The notes beneath the pieces are model-generated. The model had not been told where the DNA came from and ran no database searches. It saw only the letters and a list, made by a program, of their open reading frames with translations. 64,000 nt of DNA from Monocercomonoides exilis PA203 (lineage: Eukaryota; Protista; Preaxostyla): contig LSRY02000002.1 in assembly GCA_001643675.2 (NCBI GenBank), forward strand, positions 1,736,001 to 1,800,000. Reading direction: 5' to 3'. This document shows positions 58,904 through 64,000 of the stretch, one piece after another. The number at the start of each line of letters is the position of its first letter. Position 1 is the stretch's first letter. Position numbers and translations under genes: made by a program.

Positions 58904-59790
58904 TGTCCTTTTTTTAACTTTAAATAACTTTTTGTATTCTCTCAAAAATATTTCTCCTTAAAATAATTGGATTTTACAATGGGAATTTGATTTTTTTTAT
59001 GTTTCGTTATTGATGAGCAATAAACGGGCAACACATTTGTAATTTGATTCATTGAAGTTAATGCAGTTCTTTGAATTATGTTTCATTTGTTTATTTTTTT
59101 GTTGAAATGGAAAAGAATCTTATTTGTTTCTTTCTTTTTTTTTTTTCGAATTTAATCATGAATTACCTTTTCTTTTTCTTTTTCAATTTCTTTTTCTCTT
59201 TCTTTTTTTATTTCTATTTCTTTTTAATTTTTTATTGATAGAAGAACGTTTTCTCAAATTTTTTTTTCCTGCACATATACCTAATTGAAGTTGATGCTGC
59301 TGTGCCAAAGTTTTTGTAATAATGATAAATTTCTTGAATAGTGCTTCACCAAAAAAATTATTCCATGATTACTTAAAGCTGCAAAACAAAAATTGCGTTT
59401 GTTGAATGTTCAATTGTGAATCGAAGAGAATATCCGTCGAACATTTGATGATTTTGAATTAATGAAGAGTCGATAAAAGCAGAATTAGTTGTTAAAAGAT
59501 TCTCTGAGACTGATAAATGTTATAATAATTGCTGCGACTCTAATTGCTTGTAAGATGCTCCGTTGATGCTGCTCTACATTGTTCTTTAAATTGTTTCAAA
59601 GGTTGAATGAACATGATGACAATGACTGACAGATTGTACTAATTGACTGATAAAGGAAACAAATAGCTTTTGAAATGCCACATCAACGAAGACTTATCCT
59701 TTAATGTAGGCATATGGCAAGAACAACAGCTTATTGAAAAATATTTGATTTCTTTGAAAGAATGCAAGACAACCAAATCAATGTCTGAGT

Positions 59791-62700
59791 TTATGGCGGA
59801 TCAATGGATTTTGGAGAGCGAGAAGGAGAATTGTTATAAGTTGTATTTTCAGCAGAAGAAGGAGCAGAAGAAGCAGGTGCAGATGGCAAAGAATGCACAG
59901 CCGAAGAAGTACTTTTAAGAGGAAGGATTGGAGCACCAGGCAATAGGTCATGCTGCTTCAGTGGTGGAAGCATAGAAGAAGAGATAGAAAGACTGGAAGG
60001 AGATATTGTGGAAGAAGATTGCTGAGATGGAGAACGAGAAGTTGGAGAGTATGTCTGCAGATTGGAAGGCGATGATCGGTAAGAGGCTGCTGCAGCATCA
60101 ACAGTCGAATAAGGCTGCCCTGCTCCAATGACAGTTGGTGACGGAGGCAAATGTCCCGCAAAGCCTGGTGAGTAGTTCATCGAGTATGACGAGCGATTGC
60201 TGAAGTAGTTCGAATCGCTTTGATATCCTGAGCTGCCACTGCTGTTACTGTTACTGTTGCTATTGCTGCTGTTGCTGCCTCTGTCCATCCCGCTGTTGAC
60301 TCTTCCTCCTCTTGATGAGCCTCTTCCTCGCGTGTTCGGATAGGGCTGCCCAGTGACTGTGTTGAACACTTGCGACGATATCATCTTCCTCCTGGGCGCT
60401 TGGCTGTTCTGCTGTGATCCAGACTCCCCTGAGTACTTTCCTCTGCCTTTCTCTCCCCTTGTTTCCCTTTGGTCTCTCTCTCTGTCCCTGTCTCTGTCCC
60501 TGTCTCTTTCTCTCTCTTTCCCTTTCTCATTCATTTTCTCTCCAACACCCATTCCTGGTGCTAGACCCAGCACTGGACCAGATGGCGCATACGATGTAGA
60601 GCGAGCATTCTGCAAGTATGTATTCTGACTGAAAGTCGGTCGTAGATTTGGAGGCGGCAGTGATTCAGGAGAAAGTGGAGACGAAACAACAGAAGAAGCT
60701 GGAGTAGATGGCGATGAATTCTGCGAGTGAGAATATGAAAATGTGGCGAATTGTGGCGGAGGCATGGGAACTGTGGAGGAAGGACTTGGGATGACTGGCA
60801 ATGCATTTGTGCCCAATGGAAGAGAAGGATAGAGAGAGGATGCACTTGAAATGGGAGGAGGATAATGAGACTTGTTTGAAGGAGACAGTTTGCTTGGCGT
60901 GGAGCTGTGATCGTTTTCTTCTTGTGCTTTGTGCTCTGTCATCGCTAACGCTGCTGACTCTGGTGCAAACTTTGCCATTGAATTGTACTGATTAGACAGC
61001 TCGCGTGAATGGCCTTGATTGTCAGATTGCATTTTATTCAGCTTGGATGGATCTACATTAGTTGTTGGACTGCCATCATGGGCATTTGGCAAGGGAAGCA
61101 TTGGCTGAATTAACGGGATAGTTGAAAGTGGAGGAACAGATGCTGCTGAAGAGCCATCCACAGGAAACGGAGCATAAGTCAGTGGATGATGCTGATTTGC
61201 CACAGCATTCGCCATTGCCATGCCAGGTGAGTTCTTCAGAGGAGCCTGATGCTGCTGAGTAAGCTGGGGTGGGCTCATTCTTTCGTTGCCTGCTTTTTTG
61301 CTTGCGTCAGCTGAGCTGTAGTTGAAGTAGATGGGCATATCGGAATGGAGTGCTGCTGCTGCCAATGTTGGATTTCCTCCTGTTTGCCGAGGCTGTCCAA
61401 AGAGCGAAGATGAAGGAGACGACAGAGGAGAAAGGAGAGGATAAGAAGACGATATTGCAGACTTGTTTGCAGGGGAATACTGCGGTTTCTGCGAAGACTG
61501 AGAAAAAGAAGAAGAAGCAGAAAGTCCGCCCATTGATGGCTTTCCAACAGAAAACGCAGCTGATCGCTGGGGAGGGTCAGGGAGGAGGGCAGGCTGAGAT
61601 GGTGGGGGAGTCACGGTGGAAGGGGAGCTCTCGTCGTATCCGCTGATTGGGTGGCCATGTGCCGACGATGCAGTGTCTGTGGTGTTAGTTCTGCTGAGCT
61701 GGCGAGGATGAGCTGAATGAGCAGCAGGTGGCGGAGGCTGGTAGGCACCTCTGTTGGCATAGGCTAAAGATGGAGAGTAGGATGGATTGGTTAGAGAAGG
61801 AGATGGGGAAGAAGAACCAGGTGAGGCATTTGGCTGGTAGGTGTGGAAGGAAGGCGACATCACAGAAGAAATGCCACCAGCAGATGAAGAGACGGATACT
61901 GTGGGCGATGAGGCGGCACTACCAGAGGCATTGAATGGTGCCTTTTGCTGTGGATAAGACTGGCTATTCGAATGAGAGTTGAATGGAACAGTCGGAAAGC
62001 TTGTTCTTTGAGCAGAGTTGAGCAGCTGCATCACCAATGGAAGGTTCTGGGGAGGATTTGAAGAGGAAGGAGACGAAGAAGCAGAAGCAGAAGCAGAATT
62101 TGAAGCAGACGAAGATGGAGATGGACCAAGCTGAAGAGCAGGAGAAGGCAAAGAAGAACCTTGCTGAGAGTTGTCAGACGAGGGCTGTGTTGGAGAAGAC
62201 GAGGCAGATGAAAGAGAAAGAGAAAGCGAAAAGGCTGTGCCAGATCTGACGAATGAAGCAGCAGTTGTTGAAAGGGGAAGTGTTGTCAAAGGAAGAGGGG
62301 CTGATGCATTGGAATAATTAGACTGAGACTGAGACTGAGATTGAGATGCTGTGGTGTCTGCATTTGATGAAGAAGGCGTAGCAGTTGAGTTGGAGTTTAA
62401 GTCTGCCCTGTCAGGAGCAGATTCCAGTGCTTCTTTGTCTGAGCCGTCGATGTCTTCGAAGTCAGACAGTGAAGATGAAGACTCAGAATCTGAGTGAGAC
62501 AAGCCAGGGGGAAGATTGACGGTGTCTGATTCATTGCATCTTGAATGCTCTGAATGGTCTTGCGACGACACAGAAGGAGAAAGCGAAGTGGTTGAAGAGG
62601 CCTCAGAAACACGGGAATAGGCAGAGTTTACGCTGGCCACTGAGATTGTGGGTGAAGACGAGGAAGGAGAAGAAGGCGATGAGGAATGAGAGGAAAGTGC

Positions 62701-64000
62701 AGATGGAGGAGGTGTAGAAGCAGGCTGTATCGATTCTGCCTGGCTTTCTGCTGACTGAGCTGTCTGTTGTGAATCATTGACGGGTGAGGCTAATCTGATG
62801 ATAGGCTTTCTGCCGCTGAAATCGCTTGGTGTCTCCAGCAATGCTTTGTGTGGCTGGATGTGAAGAGAAGAGGAAGACATGGCAAACATCTGAGTGGAAG
62901 AGTCACGAGATGGCTGTGAAGTGACTGCAGTGGCTGTAGTGGAGAGAGAAGGGGGAAATGAGGCAGGGAGAGATGAAGTGGGTAAAGGAAGGGACAAAGA
63001 TTGTGGTTGTGAGGAAGAAAAGCTTGGTGGAACAGAAGAAGCAGAGGAAGAGGGAGAGGAAGATGGGGAGGAAGAGGAAGAGGAAGAGGAAAAGGAAGAA
63101 GAAGAAGAAGAAGAAGATGTTTGAGTATCAGCATCACTTGAATCACTGGCGGGAGCATCACTTCGCAGATGATTCAGCGATGCTCCCGCTGTCGCAAAAA
63201 AAGACTGCTGAGAAGCAGACGAAGAGGAAGAAGAAGAGGAGGAGGAGGAAGGAGATGAAGAAGTTGCAGATGGAGGAGGGGGTGGTGGTGGTGGAGAAGG
63301 TGCCTTTGAAGGGCTGTTTGTATTGGAAGATTGGTTTGTTGGGGCAAAACTGGCAGCCGGCGGTGATGTGGTTGGCGAGACGGAACCAGAAGATGCCGAA
63401 GTGGATGATGAAGTGGGAACAGAAGAGGAAGAAGAGGAAGAAGAGGAAGAAGAGGAAGAAGAGGAAGAAGAGGAAGAAGAGGAAGAAGAGGAAGAGGAAG
63501 AAGGGGAAGAGAAGGAAGACGAGTGTGAATGAGACAGCAGTGAGGCGTTCTGAAGGACATTTGATTGGGAGCCAGAGTTGTGCAGAGCAGGGGGTGAGTT
63601 CATTGGTGGGGACATTGTCGATGGAGTGTGCTCAGATGGATGATGAGATGGGGTCTTCTGCTGAGAAGTGGAAGAGGGAGACTTCTGGAGAGGGCTGAAG
63701 GTGGCGAGATGAGAAGGCTCAGAAGAGGAAGAGGAAGGAGAATAAGAAGAGGAAGACGAAGATGAAGAGGAAGAAGATGAGGAGGAAGGTGAGAAGACTG
63801 GTGGATGCAGCGGCGGGTGAGGTGAAGAGACAGGGGTTATGCTGTTGGATGGCACAGAAGCATTGCTTGCAGGCTCAAAATTGACCGATCGATGCACTGA
63901 GTCAATGGTCTGTGCGTGAGTTTTGCTAAAATTTGGTACATTCATTGTGATTGGTTCGTTGGAGGAGCCTTCGTGGTGCAGGTCGGGTGAGGCAGAGAAC
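59791..64000 (-). CDS. 3' part of a Ser/Pro-rich, largely disordered protein (continues off the right edge)
   Basis: 1384-aa ORF whose frame stays open upstream of 63945 to the window end (FSASPDLHHEGSSNEPIT-M); RD/RE dipeptide run and RGG-like patch near the C-terminus. Confidence 0.8.
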   Translation of the reverse strand, partial: FSASPDLHHEGSSNEPITMNVPNFSKTHAQTIDSVHRSVNFEPASNASVPSNSITPVSSPHPPLHPPVFSPSSSSSSSSSSSSSSYSPSSSSSEPSHLATFSPLQKSPSSTSQQKTPSHHPSEHTPSTMSPPMNSPPALHNSGSQSNVLQNASLLSHSHSSSFSSPSSSSSSSSSSSSSSSSSSSSSSSSSSSVPTSSSTSASSGSVSPTTSPPAASFAPTNQSSNTNSPSKAPSPPPPPPPPSATSSSPSSSSSSSSSSSASQQSFFATAGASLNHLRSDAPASDSSDADTQTSSSSSSSSFSSSSSSSSPSSSPSSSASSVPPSFSSSQPQSLSLPLPTSSLPASFPPSLSTTATAVTSQPSRDSSTQMFAMSSSSLHIQPHKALLETPSDFSGRKPIIRLASPVNDSQQTAQSAESQAESIQPASTPPPSALSSHSSSPSSPSSSSPTISVASVNSAYSRVSEASSTTSLSPSVSSQDHSEHSRCNESDTVNLPPGLSHSDSESSSSLSDFEDIDGSDKEALESAPDRADLNSNSTATPSSSNADTTASQSQSQSQSNYSNASAPLPLTTLPLSTTAASFVRSGTAFSLSLSLSSASSSPTQPSSDNSQQGSSLPSPALQLGPSPSSSASNSASASASSSPSSSNPPQNLPLVMQLLNSAQRTSFPTVPFNSHSNSQSYPQQKAPFNASGSAASSPTVSVSSSAGGISSVMSPSFHTYQPNASPGSSSPSPSLTNPSYSPSLAYANRGAYQPPPPAAHSAHPRQLSRTNTTDTASSAHGHPISGYDESSPSTVTPPPSQPALLPDPPQRSAAFSVGKPSMGGLSASSSFSQSSQKPQYSPANKSAISSSYPLLSPLSSPSSSLFGQPRQTGGNPTLAAAALHSDMPIYFNYSSADASKKAGNERMSPPQLTQQHQAPLKNSPGMAMANAVANQHHPLTYAPFPVDGSSAASVPPLSTIPLIQPMLPLPNAHDGSPTTNVDPSKLNKMQSDNQGHSRELSNQYNSMAKFAPESAALAMTEHKAQEENDHSSTPSKLSPSNKSHYPPPISSASSLYPSLPLGTNALPVIPSPSSTVPMPPPQFATFSYSHSQNSSPSTPASSVVSSPLSPESLPPPNLRPTFSQNTYLQNARSTSYAPSGPVLGLAPGMGVGEKMNEKGKERERDRDRDRDRERDQRETRGEKGRGKYSGESGSQQNSQAPRRKMISSQVFNTVTGQPYPNTRGRGSSRGGRVNSGMDRGSNSSNSNSNSNSSGSSGYQSDSNYFSNRSSYSMNYSPGFAGHLPPSPTVIGAGQPYSTVDAAAASYRSSPSNLQTYSPTSRSPSQQSSSTISPSSLSISSSMLPPLKQHDLLPGAPILPLKSTSSAVHSLPSAPASSAPSSAENTTYNNSPSRSPKSIDPP
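63421..63502. repeat. (GAAGAGGAA)n coding minisatellite (poly-Ser on the minus strand)
   Basis: Direct reading. Confidence 0.9.

Overview
AT-rich eukaryotic genomic DNA in the standard genetic code with short GT-AG introns. Gene style and the large beta-helix/TM/pseudokinase genes suggest an oxymonad such as Monocercomonoides (inference). The central gene block (12.3-42 kb) holds a hypothetical coiled-coil protein, a Vti1-like Qb-SNARE, a TmcB-like membrane protein ending in a hemerythrin-like domain, a divergent importin-5-like HEAT protein, a TFxPxI-repeat protein, a type II membrane protein with a degenerate Fic domain, a GCN5-like HAT with bromodomain and a GH47 mannosidase. It lies between two inverted paralogous copies of a large surface-receptor gene plus upstream DNA (1-7107 and 43805-46815). 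The left gene copy is an open frame running off the window and is absent from the ORF track. Using the right copy as an empty-site reference reveals three insertions on the left: a 3.3-kb TIR element (3-bp ATT duplication) carrying a decayed fragment of the same surface-protein superfamily instead of a transposase, a 503-bp Merlin-type MITE (8-bp TSD) and a TA-targeting MITE with 4 copies in the window. Two dead Merlin/IS1595-type transposases lie nearby. An F-box/LRR gene and a 5'-truncated Ser-rich gene end the window. No rRNA, tRNA or CRISPR array was seen. All alignments were done by eye.
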